Of a DNA stretch of 64,000 nt, positions 52,081-60,783 are shown piece by piece (positions within the stretch are counted from its first letter, which is position 1; each line of letters begins with the position of its first letter). The stretch covers positions 7,707 to 71,706 of the forward strand of contig DATERV010000174.1 in the NCBI GenBank assembly GCA_035271185.1, in the 5' to 3' direction. A program made the translations under genes and the position numbers. A model generated the notes under the pieces. The model searched no databases, was not told the DNA's origin, and saw only the letters and a list, made by a program, of their open reading frames with translations. Source of the stretch: Lachnospiraceae bacterium. GTDB lineage: Bacteria; Bacillota; Clostridia; Lachnospirales; Lachnospiraceae.

Positions 52081-53580
52081 ATGAAAAAAACAGCGTTAAG
52101 GCTAGTAGCACTTTTATTTGGTGCTGTATTATTAATCAGTACTCCAATGACAGCTAGTGCTGATGAAGGTTATACCTATATTTACGACTGGTGGGGAGAT
52201 ATCCAGTATTCACCTGATGCTTATGAGGTTGCAGGTGTGTTTACAAAAGATGATTTGGGATTGGATACCAATCTAAATAATCCTAGTAGTATGTTTGTAT
52301 ACAAAGATGAAATCTATGTGTGCGACAGTGGAAACAATCGTATTTTAGTATTAAAACGGGATAACGCCGATAAGATTGAGTGTGTTAAGGTAATTGATCA
52401 GTTTTACGGAGATACAGATGTTAAAACTTTTCTAAACCCAACGGATATAGCTGTTGACGATGATGGAAATCTGTATATTGCAGATAACGGAAATCACAGA
52501 ATTGTTAAGTTTGATAAGAACCTTCAATATTTATTGGATTTTACAAGACCCGTAGATGCAACCTTTGATCAGAATACTGAATATCTTCCCAATAAAATTG
52601 TGATTGATTCAGCCGGGAGAGTATTCTGCATTGCAACCAATGTAAATAAAGGGTTGATCAAGTATGAAGCAGATGGAACGTTTTCCGGATTTGTCGGAGC
52701 AACTCCTGTTACATATGACTTTATGGACTATATTTGGAAACGCTTAGCGACAAAAGCGCAGAGAGAGCAGATGGTAGCTTTTGTACCGACTGAATACGCT
52801 AATGTTTATATGGATCGGGATGGCTTCGTTTATGCAACTACCACAAATGTAACAGAAGAAGAGGTAGACGATGGAAAAGCCGATCCCATTCGTAAAATCA
52901 ATATGATGGGAAAAGACATTCTGATTCGTAATGGTGAGTGGTGGCCTATTGGAGATATCTACTGGGGCAACGGCGGTGGTTATGAGGGTCCGTCCAAGCT
53001 TGTAGATATTACTGTTATGGATAATGATGTATATGTAGCACTTGATCGTGTCAGAGGTAAGATATTTGCATATAACAGTCAGGGTGTCATGTTATTTGCT
53101 TTTGGTGGAAATGGTAATCAGGACGGTTACTTCAGAATGCCAGCTTCCATTGAACATATGGGATATGATTTGCTGGTACTAGATTCTGTTGATAACAGTA
53201 TCACTTTGTTCACACCTACAGTATTCGGAAAAATGGTTTATCAGGCTATGGATGAATTCAAGCGTGGTGAATATGAAGCATCTGGTGAAACGTGGAAAAA
53301 AGTAAAATCTTTTGACGGTAATTATGACCTTGCTTATATCGGGATTGGAAGATCTCTGTTAAGACAGGAGAATTACAAAGATGCACTTACCTATTTTGAA
53401 TTGAAATGGGATGATGAAAATTATTCCAGAGCCTTTCAGCAATATCGTAAGGTATGGGTAGAGGAGAATATTGGTTGGATATTTGCAGCAGTCTTTTTGT
53501 TGTTGATAGTTCCTCTTTGTATTGGAAAAGTTAAGAAAATAAAGCATGAAATAGATATAGCAGATATTTTCAGGCTATAG
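52081..53580 (+). CDS. Secreted NHL-repeat beta-propeller protein with TPR-like segment and C-terminal TM anchor
   Basis: Signal peptide (LLISTPMTASA/DEG). NHL-type repeats (VCDSGNNRILVL, IADNGNHRIVKF, VLDSVDNSITLF). C-terminal helix IGWIFAAVFLLLIVPLCIG. Confidence 0.75.
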   Translation: MKKTALRLVALLFGAVLLISTPMTASADEGYTYIYDWWGDIQYSPDAYEVAGVFTKDDLGLDTNLNNPSSMFVYKDEIYVCDSGNNRILVLKRDNADKIECVKVIDQFYGDTDVKTFLNPTDIAVDDDGNLYIADNGNHRIVKFDKNLQYLLDFTRPVDATFDQNTEYLPNKIVIDSAGRVFCIATNVNKGLIKYEADGTFSGFVGATPVTYDFMDYIWKRLATKAQREQMVAFVPTEYANVYMDRDGFVYATTTNVTEEEVDDGKADPIRKINMMGKDILIRNGEWWPIGDIYWGNGGGYEGPSKLVDITVMDNDVYVALDRVRGKIFAYNSQGVMLFAFGGNGNQDGYFRMPASIEHMGYDLLVLDSVDNSITLFTPTVFGKMVYQAMDEFKRGEYEASGETWKKVKSFDGNYDLAYIGIGRSLLRQENYKDALTYFELKWDDENYSRAFQQYRKVWVEENIGWIFAAVFLLLIVPLCIGKVKKIKHEIDIADIFRL

Positions 53581-53597
53581 ATGGAATGGAGGCAAAA

Positions 53598-54254
53598 ATG
53601 ACAGCTTCTTTGACACTCAAAGAGAAGTTTAAGCATTATTTATCTACACTACGATATGCGTTTTATATTTTATCACATCCATTGGATGGATTTTGGGATC
53701 TGACACATGAAAAGAGAGGATCCGTAGCAGCAGCTACTACGATATTAGTCCTTACAATTCTTGCTAGAATAATGAGCATGCAGTATACAAACTTTATGTT
53801 CATGCATGTTTATTGGGACGATATTAACATATTTTTGTATATCGCCAGTATTGTATTTCCTTTATTATTATGGTGTGTGGGTAACTGGGGACTTACGACA
53901 TTGTTTGATGGTAAAGGAAGACTGAAGCAGGTTTATATGTCTACCTGCTATGCACTTCTTCCATATCCCCTGTTACAATTTCCGCTCATTATTGCAAGCA
54001 ATATAGTTACTATAGAAGAAGGCGATTTTTATACTGTAGTAGGAGCATTCTCAATCGTCTGGGCAGCCTTTTTGATTATTGCTGCCATGTTGGAAATACA
54101 TGAATATTCATTAGCAAAAACAATATTTTTTACTGTAGCATCTATATTTGCAATGCTTGTTGAATTGTTTATTTTATTATTATTCTTTAGTATGATAAGC
54201 CAGGGAATTGCATATTTTGTTTCCCTATTTAGGGAGATTATGTTCCGAATGTAG
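53598..54254 (+). CDS. Yip1-domain polytopic membrane protein
   Basis: About five TM helices. N-terminal YAFYILSHPLDGFWDL...KRGS resembles the Yip1 family. The track start is 53586; GGAGG (53588-53592) favours ATG 53598. Confidence 0.7.
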   Translation: MTASLTLKEKFKHYLSTLRYAFYILSHPLDGFWDLTHEKRGSVAAATTILVLTILARIMSMQYTNFMFMHVYWDDINIFLYIASIVFPLLLWCVGNWGLTTLFDGKGRLKQVYMSTCYALLPYPLLQFPLIIASNIVTIEEGDFYTVVGAFSIVWAAFLIIAAMLEIHEYSLAKTIFFTVASIFAMLVELFILLLFFSMISQGIAYFVSLFREIMFRM

Positions 54255-54273
54255 CTGGGAGGAAAGGTTAGAT

Positions 54274-56841
54274 ATGAAAAAAAATTCAACATTAAGTAAA
54301 AAAGTGAAAAGCCTTATTGGCCCAGTATTAATTCTGCTTATCATTGTAGCAGTTGCATGTGTGGTATTATTAGTCAAAGACAAAGAAGAACCAGTTGAAA
54401 TCATTAAAGTAAATGCTTATGAAGGCTCAGAAGAAGATATCATACTAGAGAACGATAAGCTAAAGCTGGTCATGGATGCAACAACAACACAGTTCAATCT
54501 TACAGTAAAGGATACCGGAGCCGTATGGCTATCAAACCCTGAAGATGCAGCAAATGATAGTCTTGCACAAGCTAGTGAAAAGAACAGACTGAGGTCCACA
54601 TTATTACTTACATATAGTACAATTAATGGTGTTGATACATTGTATGATAATTATGCTTTCAGCATGGAAAGAAAAATTTTCCAGATAGAAAAAGGCGATG
54701 ACTATATCAAAATTTTCTATTCGATTGGTGATATCCAAAAAGAATACTATGCTCCTCCAGTGTGTGTTGAAGCTGATTTCGAAGCATTATTATCAAAAAT
54801 GAGTAAATCTGATGCTTCTATGGTTAAAGAATACTATAAAAAATATGATATTAATAAGTTAGGCAAAAAGGACGATAAAGAACAACTTTTAGTAGATTAT
54901 CCAATTATGGAAACAGAAGTTATATTTGTACTACGTAATGCGACCAAGGATAACATCAAGAAGAAATTCGAACAGCTTTTTACAGAAGCTGGATATACAG
55001 ATCAGGATTATGCAAGGGATAAGGAATTAGATTTTTCAGAAAAAAGCTCTGATAAGCCGGTTTTCAATTTAAGCATGATATTTCGTTTAGATGGAGATGA
55101 TCTTGTAGTAGAGGTTCCTTTGGATGAGATTGAATACAAGGATGATTATCCATTATTGTACTTAAGTATTCTTCCTTATTTCGGTGCAGGAACCATGGAT
55201 GAGAGTGGATATTTATTTGTTCCAGAAGGCGGTGGATCCATTATTAACTTTAATAATGGCAAGCTATCACAAAGTAGTTATTTTGCAAATATGTATGGTT
55301 GGGATATGGCCACAGATCGTTCTGCAATCGTACATGAAACAAGAGCTATATTTAATGCTTTCGGTATTTCCAAGAATAACAATTCCTTTATCTGTATCTT
55401 AGAGGATGGGGCACCATATGCAGGCATTCAAGCAGATATTAGTGGAAAAACCAACAGTTACAATTATGTAAATGCATTACATAGTATTTCTCATAGAGAA
55501 CAATATCAATTGGGTGATAAGTATACAGGTGAAATGTTTGTATATGAAGATAGTTTGCCTAAAGAAAAGATCGTGAATAGATATTGCTTTGTAAACTCTG
55601 ATAGTTATGTGGATATGGCTAAGACCTATCAGAATTATCTGCTTAATAAGTACAGTGGTTATATGACAATGAGTGAAGATACAGAAGCACCTGTTGCAGT
55701 TGAAGTTTTAGGTGCTATAGATAAAATAAAGCAGATTGTTGGTATTCCCGTTTCATCACCATTACCATTGACCACCTATAAAGAAGCCGCTGATATGATA
55801 AAGGAGTTGAATGAACAGGGATTCCATAACATGTCCGTAAAGATGGTAGGATGGGCAAATGGTGGAGTCAAGCAAAAGATTCTGAATAAGGTTAAAACGA
55901 TTTCCGAACTGGGTAATAAAAAGAGTTTCAATAATGTGATAAGTACAGCAGCTTCCTTGGATGTACCTGTTTACTTAAATGGCATAACCAATTATGCATA
56001 TGACTCTAGTTTATTGAATGGTTTCGTTGTATTCACTGATAGTGCAAGATTTGTGAGTAGGGAAAAGGCTGAAATATTCCAGTACAATACAGTTTCTTAT
56101 GGCAAGCGTGACTCAATGGAAACGCATTATTTATTAAAAGCCAATTTGATTTTGAAAATGGCTAACAATCTTACTACATATGCACAAAAGAATGCTACAA
56201 ATGTTTCTTTTGAAGATATTGGATATGAATTATCTTCCGATTTCAATCGTAATGGAAGAGTGACCAGACAGGAAGCAATGCTTTCACAGCAGGAGGAATT
56301 AAAAAAGATTTCGGATGCTGGTACCGGTATCATCATTAATGGTGGAAATGATTACGCAATCCCCTATAGTGATCTGATTACTCGTATGGATTTAGTAGGC
56401 TCCCAATATACCATTATTGATCAGACCGTTCCTTTTTATCAATTAGCAATTCACGGATATGTAGACTATACCGGCGAACCGCTTAATATGACACAGAATT
56501 GGGAAGAAGAAGTATTGAATTCCGCTCAGTATGGTGCAGGTTTGGCATTTATCTTTATGGATGAGGATTCTTTTACATTCCAGAAAACCTTATATACACA
56601 ATATTTTGCTACAGAATATGCAGCATGGAAAGACAGAGCTGTAGAGATTTATAATCGATATAATCAAGAATTGGGTCATGTTTTCAATCAGGAAATGACG
56701 GATCATAAGCAATTGACTGATAAAGTTAGCTTAACGACATATCAGGATGGTTCAAAGGTATATGTAAATTATTCCTTCGAAGATTATAAAACATCTGATG
56801 GCGTAACGGTTCCTGCAAGGGATTATAAGGTGCTTCAGTAG
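54274..56841 (+). CDS. N-terminally membrane-anchored ~855-aa extracytoplasmic protein of unknown function (DUF5696-like; recalled name, unverified)
   Basis: TM IGPVLILLIIVAVACVVLL, then a large soluble region with no motif I can assign. The track start at 54208 overlaps the Yip1 gene. ATG 54274 follows GGGAGGAAAGG. Confidence 0.75.
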   Translation: MKKNSTLSKKVKSLIGPVLILLIIVAVACVVLLVKDKEEPVEIIKVNAYEGSEEDIILENDKLKLVMDATTTQFNLTVKDTGAVWLSNPEDAANDSLAQASEKNRLRSTLLLTYSTINGVDTLYDNYAFSMERKIFQIEKGDDYIKIFYSIGDIQKEYYAPPVCVEADFEALLSKMSKSDASMVKEYYKKYDINKLGKKDDKEQLLVDYPIMETEVIFVLRNATKDNIKKKFEQLFTEAGYTDQDYARDKELDFSEKSSDKPVFNLSMIFRLDGDDLVVEVPLDEIEYKDDYPLLYLSILPYFGAGTMDESGYLFVPEGGGSIINFNNGKLSQSSYFANMYGWDMATDRSAIVHETRAIFNAFGISKNNNSFICILEDGAPYAGIQADISGKTNSYNYVNALHSISHREQYQLGDKYTGEMFVYEDSLPKEKIVNRYCFVNSDSYVDMAKTYQNYLLNKYSGYMTMSEDTEAPVAVEVLGAIDKIKQIVGIPVSSPLPLTTYKEAADMIKELNEQGFHNMSVKMVGWANGGVKQKILNKVKTISELGNKKSFNNVISTAASLDVPVYLNGITNYAYDSSLLNGFVVFTDSARFVSREKAEIFQYNTVSYGKRDSMETHYLLKANLILKMANNLTTYAQKNATNVSFEDIGYELSSDFNRNGRVTRQEAMLSQQEELKKISDAGTGIIINGGNDYAIPYSDLITRMDLVGSQYTIIDQTVPFYQLAIHGYVDYTGEPLNMTQNWEEEVLNSAQYGAGLAFIFMDEDSFTFQKTLYTQYFATEYAAWKDRAVEIYNRYNQELGHVFNQEMTDHKQLTDKVSLTTYQDGSKVYVNYSFEDYKTSDGVTVPARDYKVLQ

Positions 56842-56882
56842 GATTTGAAGTAGAAGCGGTAAGCATGGAAAGGGTTTTCAAT

Positions 56883-57788
56883 ATGAAGAATCAGAACAAA
56901 TTAGCAGGTCTACAAAAAAGGAAGGCAATATCAGGATATCTATTCATACTCCCATTTATTCTGGGCTTTCTGGTATTTATGGTCAAACCGTTAATACAGT
57001 CATTGTATATGAGCTTATGTACTGTGGAAGTTAGTTCCAATGGATTTGGTTATATTTATACAAAAATTGATAATTACATAAAGGCATTTACAGTTGATCC
57101 TGATTTTAACAGACTGTTAACAACAGAGATTGGCAGAATGTTTATCAATGCCATTGCAATAATGGTATTCAGTTTCTTTGTAGCATTGATACTGAACCAG
57201 AAATTTAAGGGAAGAGCATTTGTAAGAGCCATTTTCTTCCTGCCGGTAATTTTATCCTCAGGTGTCATTCTAGGGATTGAGTATGATAACACATTATTAT
57301 CCAGTCTACAGGATACAATTCAGGAAAACACAAATGCAACAAGTATAACAGGAGCAATCCAAGACATATTGATTGCAAGCGGAATCGGAACAAGAGCATA
57401 TGATATGGTGTTCCAAATTGTAGATGGCATTTATGATGTAGCCATTTCATCAGGTATTCAAATCGTTATTTTTCTGTCAGGTTTACAGACCATACCGGAT
57501 AGTATGTATGAAGCAGCTTCCATCGAAGGTTGTACCTCATGGGAAAGCTTGTGGAAAATAACATTTCCCATGATTAGTTCCTTATTCCTGGTTAACTGGA
57601 TATATACAATTGTTGATTTCTGTATGCGTACAGATAATGAGGTTATGGAAAAGATTAATACCGTCATGGTATCTCAATTGAACTATGGGTTTGCTTCTGC
57701 AATGGCGTGGATTTACTTTGTTGTTGTAATAGCCATCATAGGAGTCTCCTCATTTATTATCTCAAAGGGGGTTTATTACTATGAGTAG
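56883..57788 (+). CDS. Sugar ABC transporter permease (second importer)
   Basis: 6 TM, EAA loop (MYEAASIEGCTSWESLWKITFP). Start ambiguous: 56865 in the track, or 56883 with GAAAGGG upstream. Confidence 0.88.
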   Translation: MKNQNKLAGLQKRKAISGYLFILPFILGFLVFMVKPLIQSLYMSLCTVEVSSNGFGYIYTKIDNYIKAFTVDPDFNRLLTTEIGRMFINAIAIMVFSFFVALILNQKFKGRAFVRAIFFLPVILSSGVILGIEYDNTLLSSLQDTIQENTNATSITGAIQDILIASGIGTRAYDMVFQIVDGIYDVAISSGIQIVIFLSGLQTIPDSMYEAASIEGCTSWESLWKITFPMISSLFLVNWIYTIVDFCMRTDNEVMEKINTVMVSQLNYGFASAMAWIYFVVVIAIIGVSSFIISKGVYYYE

Positions 57789-58791
57789 AGCGATTACATT
57801 AAGTGAAAAGGAGTATAGAGGGAACTTTTGGGAAAGAAATAGAAAATCCCAGGGATATTTACTCAAGAAGACAATTACCAATATAGCAGTGACGATTTGC
57901 CGCTTTTTATTATTGTTTGGTATGTGCTTCATGATCTTGCAGCCTATACTCAATAAGATTTCTATAAGTTTTAAAGCAGAAGAAGATTTATACAATCCGA
58001 TGGTTATTGCTATTCCGGAGAATTTCTCTACAAGCAATTATCAAGTAGCAGCAAACATCATGGATTATGGAAAAACATTAGGTAATACAATTATAATCGC
58101 ATTGACAATCGCTGTTTTACAGATTGCAGTTTGTACATTAGTTGGTTATGGATTTGCAAGATTCCAATTTCCGTTAAAAAAGTTTTGGTTCGCTTGTGTT
58201 ATCCTAATGATTGTAGTACCTCCGCAGACGATTTCCACCTCTCTGTTTTTGCATTTCAGATTTTTTGATATACTTGGCATTGCCAAATTACTTACAAATA
58301 ATAGTATTAACTTAAGAGGTTCCATTCTACCATATTACATGATGAGTTTAGGATGTATGGGATTAAAGAATGGTCTATATATCTTTATGATTAGACAGTT
58401 CTTTAGAAATATTCCCAAAGAATTGGAAGAGGCAGCTTATGTGGATGGTTGTGGTACCTTAATGACTTTCGTTAGAATCATGCTACCGGATGCAAAACCT
58501 ATATTAACTTCCTGTTTCCTGTTTTCTTTTGTATGGCAGTGGACGGATGGTTTCTATTCATCCATGTTTTTAGGCAACATCAGCCTTTTATCCAGACAGT
58601 TATCGATGATTGGAGACAAGGTTGGATCCTATATGAGAAATATAATGCATACCGCAGGAGCTTCCGTAGGGTATACCAACTGTATAGTAGCAACTGCAAC
58701 ATTGATGGTTATCATGCCCCTTATTATCCTATATCTGTTTGCACAAAAGGGATTTGTGGAGAGTATTAGTAGCTCCGGTATTAAAATGTAA
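57781..58791 (+). CDS. Carbohydrate ABC transporter permease (second importer)
   Basis: 6 TM, EAA loop (LEEAAYVDGCGTLMTFVRIMLP). 8-nt overlap with the upstream permease. Confidence 0.88.
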   Translation: MSRAITLSEKEYRGNFWERNRKSQGYLLKKTITNIAVTICRFLLLFGMCFMILQPILNKISISFKAEEDLYNPMVIAIPENFSTSNYQVAANIMDYGKTLGNTIIIALTIAVLQIAVCTLVGYGFARFQFPLKKFWFACVILMIVVPPQTISTSLFLHFRFFDILGIAKLLTNNSINLRGSILPYYMMSLGCMGLKNGLYIFMIRQFFRNIPKELEEAAYVDGCGTLMTFVRIMLPDAKPILTSCFLFSFVWQWTDGFYSSMFLGNISLLSRQLSMIGDKVGSYMRNIMHTAGASVGYTNCIVATATLMVIMPLIILYLFAQKGFVESISSSGIKM

Positions 58792-58880
58792 CTATGGTAT
58801 AAATTTCCTAGCTGTGTTATACTTAATATGTATTAGTTAGAGTAATACAACAGGAAATGTATATAAAAAAGGAGGAAAAA

Positions 58881-60323
58881 ATGAAAAGTAAAAGTGTTAA
58901 GAAATTCTTAGCTGCAGTACTCACAACAGTGATGGCAGCTAGCGTAGTTGGATGCGGCGACAGCAAACCTGTAACCACACCTTCTACAGATGCAGTACCT
59001 TCATCAACTACAGAAGAGTCAACTGCAGCAACAACAGTAGATGAAGTAGGACAGTACACAGTACTGACCGACGCTGATGGTAATGTTTATGACCTTGGCG
59101 GAATGGAAATTATCATTCGTGACTGGTTTGCAACTGATCCTGCGGAACCTACCAATGATTATGAAGAAGCTCGTGATGCATATCGCGAATGGATTCAGGA
59201 GACCTACAACTTTACAATCAAAGAGCAGGCTATCAGCTCTTGGTCAGATGTTCCTGGTGACTTCGTTAACTATGCAACAGCAGGTGGTGAAGAGAACTAT
59301 GTATTTACCCTTTATCCCAGTGGTGATGTAGTTTCAGCTATGAAGAGTGGTCTTGCATACGACTTATCTACTCTTGACTGCTTAGATTACTCAGAAGCTA
59401 AGTGGGGAAGCAAAGTTCATGATCTGTACAATTTTGATGGTAAGATATATGCTATGCGTGGTATCGAACCAGAACCTCGTTGTGGTGTATTCTTCAACAA
59501 GAGATTGTTAACAGAAGCTGGAATCAATCCTGAAGATATTTATGCATGGCAGGAAGATGGTTCATGGACTTGGGAAAAGTTTGAAGAAGTTTTGAAGAGT
59601 GTTCAGGATGATACAGATAATGATGGTATTATTGATCGTTATGCAATGTGTGAGCAGGACGTTGTATTGTATGATGCTGCTGTATATTCTAATGGCGGTG
59701 AATACGTAGGTAAAGAAGATGGTAAGTACGTTCTGAAAGTAGAAAACGATGAAACCATGGAAGCTATCAACTGGGCAGTTAATTTACGTAAGAACTATGA
59801 AATGAAATACCCAGAAGATGCATCTTGGGATTACTTCATTACCGCTTTCAAAAACGGTGAAGCAGCTTTCAACGTAGCTCAGGCTTACAATGCTAACCCA
59901 GGCCAGCCTTACAACGATATGGAAGATGACTTTGGTTATGTATGTTTCCCTAAAGGACCCAACATGACCGACTATACAAACTGCTATAGTGATAATATGT
60001 ACATGATTCCTGCTTGCTATGATGCAGACAAAGCTTGGAAAATCGCTTTTGCTTATAATCTTTATACCGATCCTATTCCTGGATACGAAGATTATGCTGC
60101 ATGGAAATCACAGTACTACAAGGGATTCAGAGATACCGAAGCTGTTGACTTAACTCTTCAGAGAATGGTTACCAATGGTTCTATTACATTTCAGTCATTT
60201 ATTCCTGCTATGAATCTCGGTAATGATTTCTACTGGACTTTATCAGATGATATAACACCTGCTAAGGCACTTGAGACAATCAAACCTACATGGCAAGCAT
60301 ATATTGACGAAGCAAACAAATAA
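58881..60323 (+). CDS. Sugar ABC transporter substrate-binding lipoprotein
   Basis: Lipobox VVGC, Ser/Thr-rich linker, ~450-aa type-I SBP. The track start is 58857; AGGAGG then ATG 58881 (MKSKSVKKFLAAV) is preferred. Confidence 0.88.
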   Translation: MKSKSVKKFLAAVLTTVMAASVVGCGDSKPVTTPSTDAVPSSTTEESTAATTVDEVGQYTVLTDADGNVYDLGGMEIIIRDWFATDPAEPTNDYEEARDAYREWIQETYNFTIKEQAISSWSDVPGDFVNYATAGGEENYVFTLYPSGDVVSAMKSGLAYDLSTLDCLDYSEAKWGSKVHDLYNFDGKIYAMRGIEPEPRCGVFFNKRLLTEAGINPEDIYAWQEDGSWTWEKFEEVLKSVQDDTDNDGIIDRYAMCEQDVVLYDAAVYSNGGEYVGKEDGKYVLKVENDETMEAINWAVNLRKNYEMKYPEDASWDYFITAFKNGEAAFNVAQAYNANPGQPYNDMEDDFGYVCFPKGPNMTDYTNCYSDNMYMIPACYDADKAWKIAFAYNLYTDPIPGYEDYAAWKSQYYKGFRDTEAVDLTLQRMVTNGSITFQSFIPAMNLGNDFYWTLSDDITPAKALETIKPTWQAYIDEANK

Positions 60324-60356
60324 TTTGTTTAGTTGATAGTGTAAGAAACTAATAAG

Positions 60357-60397
60357 AAGAGAGTGTATTGCATTTTATATGCAGCACTCTCTTTTTT
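60357..60397 (+). terminator. Rho-independent terminator after the SBP gene
   Basis: AAGAGAGTG...CACTCTCTT stem with inner TGCAT/ATGCA pairing, followed by T6. Confidence 0.8.
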
Positions 60398-60412
60398 ATG
60401 TTTTGATATTTA

Positions 60413-60566
60413 GAATGATATTAAATATGCACGGAAGGCGTAAGTGGCGTTGGGAAATGATATGCACGCAAGGCGTCAGCGCTGGAACACCTTTAGGGGT
60501 AGATTGAAATGATAAACACAAAAGGCGTCAGCGCTAGTGAGTCTTTCGTGTTTATCATTTCAATCT
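60413..60566. repeat. Three degenerate direct repeats, the third embedded in a perfect 19-bp-stem hairpin
   Basis: Units (G)AATGATA..GCAC.(.)AAGGCGT(A/C)AG(T/C)G(G)C(G)T start near 60413, 60454 and 60506. Hairpin arms are AGATTGAAATGATAAACAC (60501-60519) and GTGTTTATCATTTCAATCT (60548-60566). Confidence 0.75.
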
Positions 60567-60783
60567 TAGCAATATATGCGTAAATTTTGACAAATGATAG
60601 ATAGACTATTACTTCTTTATTTTCTATAATTTTATTAGGAATATATCAGAATGGGGGATGTATATCAAAAAGGGTAGTACATCATGTGAACAAACAGATA
60701 CCATAAGGGAAATCCAACAAACAGAAGAAGCAGAATCAATAGCAGATGGAAAACAAGATGAGGAAGAAAAAAGGAGTGACCAA

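Noticed and set aside
60413-60566. CRISPR array
   Set aside because: There are only three degenerate repeat units of unequal length, with irregular or absent spacers. No cas genes are present in the window.
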